Shown piece after piece: positions 12,023 through 23,875 of a stretch of DNA of 64,000 nucleotides. Below the pieces are notes generated by a model. That model was not told the origin of the DNA and did not search any database. It saw nothing but the letters and a program-made list of their open reading frames with translations. The first letter of the stretch is position 1; each line of letters opens with the position of its first letter. The translations under genes were made by a program, and so were the position numbers. The stretch is from Cetorhinus maximus (Eukaryota), in NCBI RefSeq assembly GCF_964194155.1, contig NC_135899.1:62000001-62064000 (forward strand), given 5' to 3'.

Positions 12023-15000
12023 ACAGAGCGTTAAAGACTCAGAAAATCTCTAAGTGAAGATTGCAGACCTGAAAGACATATAAACCCTTGGAAAAAGGGC
12101 AAGAAGAAAAAAAGATTGAAGACTCACATGAGAACGGAGCATCATGAGTCCAGCAGATGCAAGCTCACACATAGACCTGGAGTCCAGACAGCTGTAAGTA
12201 CAGCTCACAATCTACAAGGCAAACTACTGAAGCAGAAACAGATCAAGAGCTTAGGACAAGCAAGAAGTCTACATTGGTACTCCCAGAATATTCCCGAAGT
12301 ATTGAAGGCTCATAGCAGGCTCAACACTGGGACAATTGGAGGGAGAGATTCTCCAGATACAGAACAGCCTAGGTTTGCATAAGTAGGAACAAGAGAATCA
12401 GGTCAGTACTTTACTCTATGCAGAAGGGGCTATTACAGGTGATGTACTAGCGAGATGGGAGGTCGATGAGGCTTCAAACTAATATGAAGTCCTCCAGGTA
12501 TTCATACTTCCATGTTCAAAAACATTTGGTCATTGAACAAGTGAAACTTAATAAGAGGAAACAAAACCGAATGAATGCAAGGATTCATTCATAAATGACC
12601 TGTACCAGTTCGTGGAGAATTGCGACTACAGGATCCTCAGAGATGAATAAATGCATGATCGTATACTAGTTGGGGTCTTAGATGGACCTCTATCAGATCC
12701 CTTACAAACGAGAGAAGATTTAACTCTCCTAAAGGTAGTACAAATAGCATGACAGACCAAGCTTAGGAAGCAAAACAGAGTAGTTGTTCACAGGGAAAGT
12801 GATGTTCCTTTGGGAAAAAATGAGTGAAGCCATTGGACAAAAAAAGAGAACATGCAGTGAAGCGAAAGCCCATGAAATTGGGAAAAATGTGTGCTAGCCA
12901 GCATTTTGATATGCTCTCGGTACGGCGGGGAAAATCCTGCAGAAGTGGGAAGAATGCCCAGCAGGAGGAGCAAAGGGCCACGACTGTGGAAATTTAGGAC
13001 TCTTTAAAAGTGTCTGCTGATCAAAAATACAAGTAACTTACAGAAAGAAAGAGAAAATAACAAGGCCAAATCAAATTCAACAAGTGGAACAGCCACAGGA
13101 AAAAAAACAAGTAAACTTCCCAGGAGAAGTTAACAAAACAGAAAATAATTAATGGAGCATTAGATTAGAAGTTGATGGTCACCCCACAGAATTCAAGCTA
13201 GATACAGGCGCAGGTGTTTCAGAATTATCTGGTGAAGTAAAGTGGCTCAAAAATATGATGTTACAGCCATCCTCCATCCGGTTGCAAGATCCAGGAGGGG
13301 CTACACTTGAAAGTAATTGGCCAACACTTGGAGAGATAAAGATACACGGATAAAGAAATTACTGAACTTCTGTATGTTATACAGAACCAGGAGTCATCAT
13401 TATTGAGCAGAAAAGCATGCTTGCAGTTGAGGCTGATTTACAAGGATTCATTCATAAATGACCTGTACCAGTTCATGGAGAATTGCGACTACAGGATCCT
13501 CAGAGATGAATAAATGCATGATCGTATACTAGTTGGGGGTCTTAGATGAACCTCTATCAGATCCCTTACAAACGAGAGAAGATTTAACTCTCCTAAAGGT
13601 AGTACAAATAGCATGACAGACCAAGCTTAGGAAGCAAAACAGAGTAGTTGTTCACAGGGAAAGTGATGTTCCTTTGATGAAATTGCTGATGAGCAGTCCA
13701 GTAATGTATTCAGGAAGGAATTTGCATCCCTATTTTCAGGCTTAGGAAAGCTGAAGACAAGGGTGGGTGCTAAGCCTCTATGTCTCTTCATAGCAAGGAA
13801 GGTCCCTCACCCACTCTTCAACAAAGTCAAGAGCAAGATTGAACACATATTACAACAAGGGGGTCATCCCTCTAGTAACCATACCGACAAAGTAGTGTTC
13901 TGGAATGGTCGCAGCACCAGAGCCGAATGGTTCAATTAGAACCTGCGTGGACTTGACTCAATTAAACAAGTCAGTGGAGCACAAGATCCCCCTGATGGCA
14001 TCAGTGGATGAAAGTCTTGCCAAATTAGCAAAAATTACCCTCTTCACAAAATTGGATGCTAACAGCAGCTTTTGCCAGTTGCCTCTGGGTAAAAGGATCC
14101 AGATTGCTAACTACTTTTATCAGCCCATTTGGTCATTAATGTTTTAACAGGTTACCATTTGGAATTGTTTCTGCACCTGAGGTATTCCAGAGAACGATGG
14201 TTCAGGCCCTGGAAGGCATGGAAGGTGTAATATGCTATATGGGTGACATTCTTGTACATGGTTCAGCAAGAGAAGAACATGACCATCAGGTGAGAGCAAT
14301 CCTCAAGGTTCTACAAGAGACACAAAACAAAAAATGTGAATTTTCAAAGTCTATCATAAAATTCTTAGGCCACTTTGTGCAGGCTTTTTGAATTATTGCT
14401 GACCCGCAGAAAACCAAAGTCATTGGAAAGTTCCCATAGCCTAAAAACATCACAGAATTAGGAAAGTTCCTTGGGGTGGTCAATCAAAAGTAGGCAAGTT
14501 CCTACCAAACTTGGAGGAAATCAATGAGCCATTACAACAGCTGTTGAGATAAGGTCAACAGTGGAGCTGGAACATGGACCAGCAAAATGCTGTTGACAAG
14601 ATCAAAAATCTCCCAGTTTCACCAGAAATTCTAGTGTGTTACAATCCAGAGTTGCCAACAATTGTAGCAGCGGACACAGCATCTACAGGCTTGGGTGCAG
14701 TATTGTTTCAAGTTTAAAATGACGGACAAAGAAGACCAGTTCATTATGCCTCAAGATCACTCACAGGTATTGATAAAAGGCATGCACCCATTGAGAAAGA
14801 AGCATTAGCAGGCACATGGACGTGCAAGAAGTTCTCTGATTATGTTATGGGATTAAGGTCTAAAATTGAAACCGACCACAAATCTTTGGTTACTCTTAAT
14901 CTAAAGGAGATGGCAAAAGTGCTGCCTGGAATTCAATGTTTTAGATTGAGACTCGTGAGATACGATTTAGTTACAAAGGGAAGTACCAGACGGCAGCAGA

Positions 15001-15169
15001 TGCATTAGCAAGAAAACCAGTGGAAGGAGTCAAACTGAAAGATTTAAATTTTATTGAGGAAGTGGAGGCATACACTTCACTTCGCTCTTTACCAAACACT
15101 TACCAGCCCAGATAAGAGATTACAAGAGGTTGAACAAGCACAACAGCAGGATGACAAATGCATCCAAAT

Positions 15170-15980
15170 TTTAAAAAAATTAATTCATGGGTTATGGGTG
15201 TCGCTGGCTAGGCCAGCATTTATTGTCTATCCTTAATTGCCCTTGAGAAGGTAGTGGTGAGCTGCCTCCTTGAATCGCTGCAGTCCATGTGCTGTAGGTA
15301 CACCCATAGTGCTGTTAGGAAGGGAGTTCCAGGATTTTGACCCAGCGACAGTGAAGAAAGGGCAATATAGTTCAAAATCAGGATGGTGAGTGGCTTGGAG
15401 GGGAACTTTCAGGTGGTGGTGTTCCCATCTGTTTACTGCCCTTGTCCTTCTAGATGGTAGTGGTTGTGCATTTGGAAGGTGCTGTCTAAGGAGTTCCTGC
15501 AGTGCATCTTGACGATGGTACACACTGTTGCCACTGTGCGTCGATAGTGGATGGAGTGAATATTTGTGGATGGGTTGGCAATCAAGTGGGCATCTTCATC
15601 CTGGATGGTGTCAAGTCTCGAGTGTTGTTGGAGCTGCACTCATCCAGGCAAGTGGAGAGTATTCTATCACACTCCTGACTTGTGCCTTGTAGATGGTGGA
15701 CAGGCTTTGGGGAGTCAGGAGGTGAGTTATCGCTGCAGGCTTCCTAGCCTCTGACCTACTCTTGTAGCCACAGTATTTATATGGCTAGTCCAGTTCAGTT
15801 TCTGGTCAATGGTAACCCCCAGGATGTTGATAGTGGGGGATTCAGCGACGGTAATGCCACTGAATGTCAAGGGGTGATGGAGATGGTATTACCTGGCACT
15901 TGTGTGGCACGAATGTTACTTGTCAGCTCAAGCCTGAATATTGTCCAGGTCTTGCTGCATTTGGACCCGACTGCTTCAGT
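15170..15980 (-). mobile_element. CR1/L2-group non-LTR retrotransposon 3' end, inserted in Gypsy pol
   Basis: Minus-strand ORF2 C-terminus (LDTIQDEDAHLI...AGSKSWNSLPNS...FKEAAHHYLLKGN*) plus tail. The Gypsy frame QQDDKCIQI|KEYCQNE is split by it. Confidence 0.85.
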
Positions 15981-16563
15981 AAAAGAGTATTGCCAGAATG
16001 AATAGCTAGCCTATATTCCTAATAACCCAATACTTCGCCAATGCTTTGAACAGAGAAAACACCTTACAATCATTGATGAGTTCTTAGTTTTTAACTAGTC
16101 ACCCCTAAAACACTTCAATTTGAAATCCTCCAGAAAATCCATCAAGGTCACTTGGGAATAGTGAGATGCCGAGCAAGAGCCCAACAGTCAGTCTGGTGGC
16201 CGGGCATTGGTCATTCCATTGAAGAGTTAATCTCGAATTGCCTTACATGTGCATCGAATAGGCAACAACAGAGCAAACCACTGGCACACTCCACTTTTCC
16301 GTCGAGGTCATGAAGCACCTGAGAATGGATTTATTCGAGTTTAAAGGCAACGTTTCCATCATTGTCATTGATGAGTACTCCAGATGGTTCGAACTGAGTA
16401 GACTGCACAGCGCCATGGCAGAGGCAGTCATAACGTCACTAAAAAGAATCTTTGTGATTCATGGCATCCCAGATGTTGTTTTGTCAAGCAACAGTCCTCA
16501 GTTTGTTAATGACTTTATACCTGTGAGAGATCTTGAGGCAAATTAAACTGTAAACTGGTCTTC

Positions 16564-16703
16564 ATCAGTTCTGATGAAGAGTCACACGGACTCGAAACCT
16601 GAACTCTGTCTTCCTCTCCACAGATGCTGTCAGACCTGCTGAGTTTTTCCAGCAATTTTTGTTTTTATTTCAGATATCCAGCATTCGCAGTATTTTGCTT
16701 TTA
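16564..16703 (+). mobile_element. Penelope-like pLTR/tail fragment with degenerate hammerhead motif
   Basis: 15-bp TSD TGTAAACTGGTCTTC (16549-16563, 16704-16718). Contains CTGATGA-AGAGTC-ACACG-GACTC-GAAAC. Homologous to the tail at 51820-51970. Confidence 0.8.
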
Positions 16704-16916
16704 TGTAAACTGGTCTTCTTTGTTCATCTTCTTTGAACTTGAAACAAAGCCGCACCCAAGCCTGTAGATGATGTGTCCGCTGCTACAATTATTGGCAACT
16801 CTGGATTCTGGTGCACTAGATTTTCTGGTGAATTTAGGAGATTTTTGATCTTGTCAAAAGCATCTTGCTGGTCCCTGTTCCAACTCCATCGTTCTACAAC
16901 TTTGTGCTCGATTATG

Positions 16917-17053
16917 GACCATGATTTTCCAGTCCCATCCACCACGGGACCAGAAATTCTCACCTGAAGTTAACAGACCTTTGGTTGGTCTGTTGAATTT
17001 TTTGTCCTGCCCGCGATGAATCCTGCCGTGGGCCAGACCGGAAAATCCCGGCC
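16917..17053. mobile_element. Short Harbinger-type MITE in Gypsy integrase
   Basis: Terminal inverted repeats (TIRs) GACCATGATTTTCCAGTC and GACCGGAAAATCCCGGCC with a 3-bp TSD ATG. Removing it restores FVLDYGFM. Confidence 0.8.
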
Positions 17054-17825
17054 ATGGTTTCATGCAGGTGGCTGGTTTACTTAGGTATCCTCCGTCGAAT
17101 GGAGAAGCAGAAAGAGGAGTTCAAACAGTCAAGGAATTGATGAAAAGGAATGAAAATATTAACTTAGTCCTTCTTAACTACAGAACTTGACCAGTAAAAA
17201 AATGAGTTCTCACCACCAGAAGTGTTGATGGGAAGGCGGCTGTGAACACAACTTCCAGCTCTACAACAAACACTCCAACCTAACATTACCTCAGATGATC
17301 ATGAGAGTTAGGATGTGTGAGGAGCAACAAAGAGACAGTTAAGCTCATAATTTCAACTTCAGGCACAGAGCACGAGACTTGAAAGTGCTACAGCCAGGGG
17401 AAAGAGTGTGGATACGAGAGCAATAGAAAAGAGACATTGTAATAGAAAGAGCTGCACAGCCGAGATCTTATATAATTGAAACAGAGCAGAGAAATATCAG
17501 AAGGAACCAAAAAGCCTTGATATCATTGGGAAGGAAACCAGTGGAATCTTGGACAAACTATCTAGATCCAATGGGGACAAGAAACCAGAAACAAATATAT
17601 TCTCTACAACTACCCAGGTGGAAGACACTCCTATCGATTGATGAGAGAGTGCAGTTCATCCTCAACCTCAAAATGAAATCAGAACCAGATCAGGGAGATT
17701 GGTCAAGGCACCACAGAGACTATATCCCTGTGAAGTCTGAGACTTGGCGGGAGATGTAGGAGGATGTATATAGTTGGGATAAAGACTTGGTTGGGGAAGG
17801 GGGGGGGGTGGGGGAGGGGTGCCAA

Positions 17826-18070
17826 TGTAGAATAAAGGGTTAACATCAGGACCACCTGATACTGATGTAACTATGATGCAATGTCACATGACTACATAGC
17901 TGAGCTCTGTTGCGAAGCACAAGTACAACCTCATGTACAGTACTCAAATGTATAATGATCTGTAAATAAACAAGAATGTTTTTTACGAATAACAGTCTGT
18001 GGCAGCATTTTTAGGAAAATAGGCAAACCCTGAAGAAACCCGATCTAGATCCCAAGCTCAAGACAGAACA
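17826..18070 (+). repeat. 3' LTR
   Basis: Runs tgtagaataaagggttaacatcagg...ctcaagacagaaca and is followed by the ATGCC TSD. Confidence 0.92.
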
Positions 18071-18124
18071 ATGCCATCATTTGAAAAGGGGCAGAGAAAG
18101 AAAAAGCAAGACTTGGATTTATAC

Positions 18125-18346
18125 TAAGATAAAAGGAAAATACTACAGATGCTGGAAATCTGAAACAAAAACAAAAATTGCTTGAAAAACTCAGCAGGTC
18201 TGACAGTATCTGTGGAGAGGAAGACGGAGTTAAAGTTTTGAGTCCGTTCTGATGAAGAGTCATACAGACTCGAAACGTTAACTTTGTCTTCCTCTCCACA
18301 GATGCTGTCAGACCTGCTGAGTTTTTCAAGCAATTTTTGTTTTTGT
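18125..18346. mobile_element. Fold-back Penelope-derived mini-element
   Basis: About 80-bp inverted arms and a 13-bp TSD CTTGGATTTATAC (18112-18124, 18347-18359). Confidence 0.85.
18246..18282 (+). ncRNA. Minimal type-I hammerhead ribozyme motif
   Basis: GTT-CTGATGA-A-GAGTC-ATACA-GACTC-GAAA-CG-TT-AAC: intact CUGAUGA and GAAA core, 5-bp helix II, palindromic AACGTT helix III, short helix I. Confidence 0.65.
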
Positions 18347-18984
18347 CTTGGATTTATACATCTCCATTCACAACACCAGGATGTCCCAAAGTGCTTTGCA
18401 GTGAATGAAATACAATGAACTGCTACCTAATCAAGGAAAAGTAAACATGCAGGGAGGGACTGATTTTATGAATGCATTGTATTGGCATTGAACGTCCCCT
18501 GTTGGTTGTGCCTATGAAAAATTTGCGGGTGAGTTAACTGTGTTTTCCCAAAGTCAATGGATATGACTCCCCACCAATAGTAGACATGGATAAAACAGGC
18601 TTTGCTGCAAGACAATTGACTTGATGGATGACAGAACACAATTCAACCATGCCAGAGGACAGTCTGTTCCTGGCTGGTTCAGGACATTCAGCAAAAATAA
18701 TCCCCCATTTTCACCATGGTATTTGGGAGAAATTACTGTTGCAACTACTCCACCAATGTTAAATGTTTACTGCTGATAATCTGCCCTGGTCAATGATGCA
18801 CGCATTAGCTTCTGGAAAGCTACTGGCACCAGAGTAAGAAAAGTAAATTCTAAACAAATGAGCACATGCAAAACCCCAGCTGGAGAAAGTGCCCTACCCA
18901 GTAGCATAGGAAGAGTTTTGCCAGTATAAACAGACCAAGATTCAGGGACTTTAGCACATTCTGAAATATACCTAAATAAACTGA

Positions 18985-21760
18985 AAAAGGGGTTATTATT
19001 CAAAAGGCAGGCAGAATGGAAAAGGAGGAAAATTGGCCTTGATAAGAATAGGTGACACAAGGACCGTAAAAGAAAGGATCTTAGCTTAGAAGATCAGGAA
19101 GTAGAATCAATATAGGTAGAAATTAGGGAGTAAAAAGGGTCAGAAATAAATGTTGGTGTGGGTAATTTATAGCTCCCCTCCCTCAACAATCATTATCCTG
19201 AGGGGACTTGAGAGGAGGGATGCTGAGACGATGTTTCCCCTTGTAGGGCAGCCTAGAACCAGGGGACATGGCTTAAAAATTAGGGTTCCCCATTTAAGAC
19301 TGAGATGAGGATAATTTTTTATCTCTCAGCAGGTTGTTAGTTTATGGAATTCTCTTCCCCAGAGAGCAGTGGAGACTGGGTCATTGAATGTGTTCAAGGC
19401 TGAGTTAGACAGATTTTTGATCAGCGAGTGAGTGGAAGGCAGACAAGAAAGTGGAGTTGAGCCCTCAATCAGATCAGCCATGATCTTGTTGAATGGCAGG
19501 GCATGCTTGATGGGCCAAATAGCCTGCTCCTTTTCCTAGCTCTTGTGTTCTGTGAAATCATTCATTTTGGCTGGAAGAATAAAAAAGAAGCTTATTATCC
19601 AAATGGTGAGAAATTTCAGAGCTCTGAGATTCGGAGGGATCTGGGTGTCCTAGTGCGTGAATCACAAAAGGTTAGTATACAGGTACAGCAGGTAATTAGG
19701 AAAGCTAATAGAATGTTATCATTTATTGTGAGGGGAATTGATTACAAAAATAGGGAGGTTACGCTTAGTTGTAAAGTGCACTAGTGAGACCATATCTGGA
19801 GTATTGTGTACAGTAACTGGTCTCCTTATTTAAAGAAAGATGTAAATGCATCAGAAGCAGTTCAGAGAAGGTTTAATAGGCTAATACCAGGAATGGGCAG
19901 GTTGTCTTATGAGGAAAGGCTGGGCATGTTAGGCTCGTAGAAGAATAAGAGGCAAATTAATTGTAAACTTTAAGGTCCTGAGCTCTTTACAGGCTGGATG
20001 TGGAGAGGATATTCCCTCTTTCCCTCTTGTGGGAGAATCTAGAACTAGGGGTCACTGTTCAAAAATAAGGGGTCACTCATTTAAGACAGAGATGAGGAGA
20101 ATTTTTTTCTCTGAGTGCTGTGTGTCTTTGGAACTCTCTTCTTCAAAAGGTGGTGGAAGCAGAGTCTTTGAATTTTTTTAAGGCAGAGCTAGGTAGATTC
20201 TTGATTAACAAGGAAGTGAAAGGTTATTGGGGGTAGGCAGGAATGTGGGGTTGAGGCCTAATTCAGATCAGCCATTATTGAATGGTGGAGCAAGCTCGAG
20301 GGGCCGAGTGGCCTACTCGTGCTCCTAATTCGTATGCACGTATGTACTAAACCATTGGGCATTAATCAAGAAATAGTTGGAGCTTGTAACAAATGCATTA
20401 ATCATGGATGTTTTTAATCTTCATATAGGCTGGAAAAATCAAATTGGCAACAGTAATCTGGAAGATGAGTTTGTAAAATGCTTTTATGACAGTTTCCTAG
20501 AACAATATACCGCAAAACCAATGAGGGATAAAGCTGTTTTAGATCTGGTGTTGTGTACTGAGGAAGGGTTAATTAGTAATCTCACCGTAAAAGATCTTCT
20601 GGGGGAAAAAGTCAGTATAATATAATTGAATTCCATAGTAAATTCAAGAGCAACATACTCGAGTCCAAAACAGGAATCTTAAACTTAACAAATGAATCAC
20701 ACAGCTGTGGGCAGAGAGCAAGCTAATGTTGATTGGGTAAGTAACTAAAAGGTAGGGATAAACAGGGCGTTTCCAAGTTGGGAGGTTGTAACTAGCGAGA
20801 TGCTGCAATGATTAATGCTGGGGCCTGAGCTATTTACAATCTATATTAATGATAAAGAGACTGAGAGTAATGTATCCACATTTGCTTATGACACAAAGCT
20901 AGGTGGGAATGTAAGCTGTGAGGAAGGCAGAAAGGGGCTGCAAAGATATATAACCAGGTTAAGTAAGTGGGCAACAAGGAGGTAGATGGAGTACATTGTG
21001 GGAAGTGTGAGGTTATTTATTTAGTAGTAAGAATAGAATATTTTTAAAAAGCTATGGAACATACAAGGAATGCAGAAAGCTAGCATGAAATCTAGCATGC
21101 AGGTACAGCAAGCAATTTAAAAAGCAAATGGCATGCTGGCCTTTTTTGGAAGGGGCTGAAGTACAAAAATAAGAAAATCTTGAAATAAGATAGGTCACAT
21201 CATGGGTACTGTATACAGTTATGGTCTCTATATTTAAGGAAGAATACTCTTGCCTTGGAAGTGGTACAGCAAAGATTCACTAGATTGGTTTCTAGGATGA
21301 GAAGGTTGTCTTATGATGTGAGGCTGAGTCAATTGGACCTATACTCTTTGGGTTTTGGACAAATGAGAGGTGATCTCATTGAAACACACAAGATTCTAAA
21401 GAGGCTTCATGGGTAGACACTGAGAGGTTGTTTCCCCTGGCTGGGCAATCTAGAACAAGGGAGCACAGCTTCAGGATAAGGGGTTGATCATTTAGGATTG
21501 AGATGAAGAGAAATTTCCCTACTCGAGGTGCGGGGGGGGGGGCGGGGGGGTGATCTTTGACATCATCTACCCAATAATGTGGATGCTCCATTGTTCAGTG
21601 TATTCAAGGTGAGATTGATAGATTTTTGGTCTCTTAGGGTATCAAGGGATATGGAGAACATGCAAGAAAGTGGAATTGAGGCCAAAGATCAGCCATGACC
21701 ATACTGAATGGTAGAGCAAGCTCAAGAGCCCATATAGTTTACTCCTTGTCTTAATACTGG
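18985..21760 (+). mobile_element. Stack of CR1 LINE fragments: older internally deleted copy with two 3' ends (~19197-19550, ~19552-20345) inside its endonuclease region
   Basis: Endonuclease ORF (ALIMDVFNLHIGWKNQIG...AVLDLVLC) and RT C-terminal fragments (RDLGVLVRESQKVSIQVQQVIRKANRML). Three CR1 3'UTRs of the gatcagccatgatc...gaatgg type. Confidence 0.85.
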
Positions 21761-23509
21761 TGTTGCGAAGCAAAAATATTTAAATAAAATTTTAAGGGGG
21801 CTTGCATCTCATAACACCGGTTTCTCAAACCATCTGAAATTGCTGCTGAGTGAAAGTTGAGTTCAGATATATACTACGGTGGTTATGTGCGTTATTCATG
21901 AGTAAATGTCCAATGTACCTGGTTCCAAAGCTAAAGCATTATGTGCTAGCCCACTCATAGAATCAGCCTGACCTGGAGTTTGCAGCTAGACATAAACTGT
22001 TTCGTACTTTTGTTAAAAGCTGAGGTTTTTTGATTGCTCATGAGGATTATGCTCAGTGCTGCACTGGCACCGGGCTCGATAAAGGAAGATCGACAAGAGT
22101 ATGAAAGGACTATTACCTAATGTTGTCACCACATGAGATGCGCCGTAGATCTTGCTGTAACTCAGCACAAAGGGTTTATCTTACTGACTCAGCTTCCTGG
22201 GAATGACTGATAGAAAACGTATTGGTCCAGTGTGAAGTTTAGAAGGGAGACTGTGACAGAGCTGTGTCGACATTCTCCAGGAAAAATCCATACATCTAAA
22301 ATCCATAAAGTGCTACTGACAAAGGCACCTTTGCTTTCAATCTTTATGCAGCTGTCTTTTTCCTGACTAGCACTGGGTGCATTTGTAATGTCAGCAAATT
22401 TTGCTGTGCACAAATATATCAAGGAGGCCACAGATCCATTATTCACCAGGGCAACGACTTTATTGCTTGCTCTGGAGACCAACAGCAGCCATGTGAGGGC
22501 AAAACAATCCACAAGCCCTCTGACTTTCCCAGAGTTTGGCGGTTATTGATTGCACTTAAGTTGCCATGTGTTTTTTTATGAGCCAGAAAGATTTTATCCT
22601 TTCAATGTGCGACGATTATGCAACAGCATTTTAGGCCATGTATTGAAAATGGATAAAGTCTGTGTTAAGGTCTGCTTGCTTTGAAGCCATCAAAATGCAA
22701 GGCTTACCTTAAGTTTATTCTTCAATATTGTGCCAGTGGCAATTTCCAGGCAAACATTTGAAGGCAGTGTTTCTTTAATTAGCAGCCTCATTTTCAAATC
22801 AATGAGTTGGATACTTTAATAAGTTGCTATGGTCCCTATTAGTCTCCATTAGTTTTGAGGTACAATTGCTGTTCATGTTTGCTGAAGTTTTCATCACATT
22901 AGAATTATTCATTTATGTTGCATCTTACTATAATGCGTTATTATACTCTAAAGATGGGATTCCACGAATCGTACACATTGAAAAATGGAAACATTAGAAT
23001 TAACTTCAACATAGTGTTTTTCTCTCTTTCTGTTTATGGGGACTGAGCATGAGAGGAGATGAATTAAAATGCAGACATGATTATTCAAGTACCCTGGGGC
23101 TTCATCTACAGATTTTAATTTCATTTTGTCACATTATGAGACTCAGTAATTACTGAACAGTAGTTTTTCCAATGATGTCAGTACCACTAGCTATTTAAAG
23201 AAGCATTGCCTTGGCTGTGTTGTGGTGAGAGAATGGTTGGGAGTCATGTCTGCCATTTTTGCAGCAACATTGTACAGCGATATTGCTTTTATGACTCCTA
23301 CATCTGGAGGCACTTTTAAGTGGAAAAATGTTGAGAAACGGGTGGGATCAGGCACAAAGCTAGTTTCTCACCAGGCCCAATTCTACTCACTATTGAAGTC
23401 AATTGAGAGCAATATTGGGAGGTTGAAAACTGTCTTATTTCCACTCGATCCTGTGACTTTCCTGCCCAGCAAGTTAGTCTAAAATGATTCCCTGTGTGTC
23501 AGGGGTCTG

Positions 23510-23875
23510 TGGGTTGAGGTGCCGATCGAGAATTTGTATGCAGAATCTAGGCTGTCACTTAAACGCAGTTCTGATGGGGAGCACTTCAGACTCAGAGGTG
23601 TAGTCTTTGTCAGCTGAGGCCTTAAACTGAGGCCTTTTCGGGTAGAAGTGAAAAATTCTACAGCACTAAGAGAGCAGCAGAATTTTCTGTGCCTCGGTCA
23701 ACATTCCTTCCTCATGTAATGCTACAACAAACAGATGAACTGGTTATTCCTCTCATTTGCAGTTTGTGGGACTCTGCTGCGCACAAATTGTAGCACCATG
23801 TTTGCCTACATAACAGTGAATACACTTTAAAATAATTCATTGGCCTTTGAAGCACTTTGAGACCTCAGGATTTAA
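23510..23875 (+). mobile_element. Deu-domain SINE
   Basis: Motifs ttaaactgaggcc...caacattccttcctca...gtttgtgggactctgctgcgcacaaattg...gaagcactttgaga. Confidence 0.65.

Larger units (their letters stand above)
12380..17520 (+). pseudogene. gag-pol of the Gypsy element (many stops and frameshifts)
   Basis: Protease FKLDTGAG (~13192). RT motifs IRTCVDLTQLNK, FTKLDANSSF, LPFGIVSAPEVFQR and ICYMGDILVHG. RNase H motif IVAADTASTGLGAVLFQ. Integrase motifs HQGHLGIVRC, MDLFEFKG...IDEYSRW and YPPSNGEAERGVQTVK. Confidence 0.92.
11761..18070 (+). mobile_element. Full-length decayed Gypsy/Ty3 LTR retrotransposon
   Basis: Two TG...CA LTRs and a 5-bp TSD ATGCC (11756-11760, 18071-18075). PBS TGGTGGCAGTGG at 12011 and a G-rich PPT before 17826. 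Domain order is gag-PR-RT-RNaseH-IN. Confidence 0.95.

Noticed and set aside
22189-22512. 107-aa minus-strand ORF in unique sequence
   Set aside because: No domain recognised and no clear splice boundaries. Treated as possible non-coding conservation instead.
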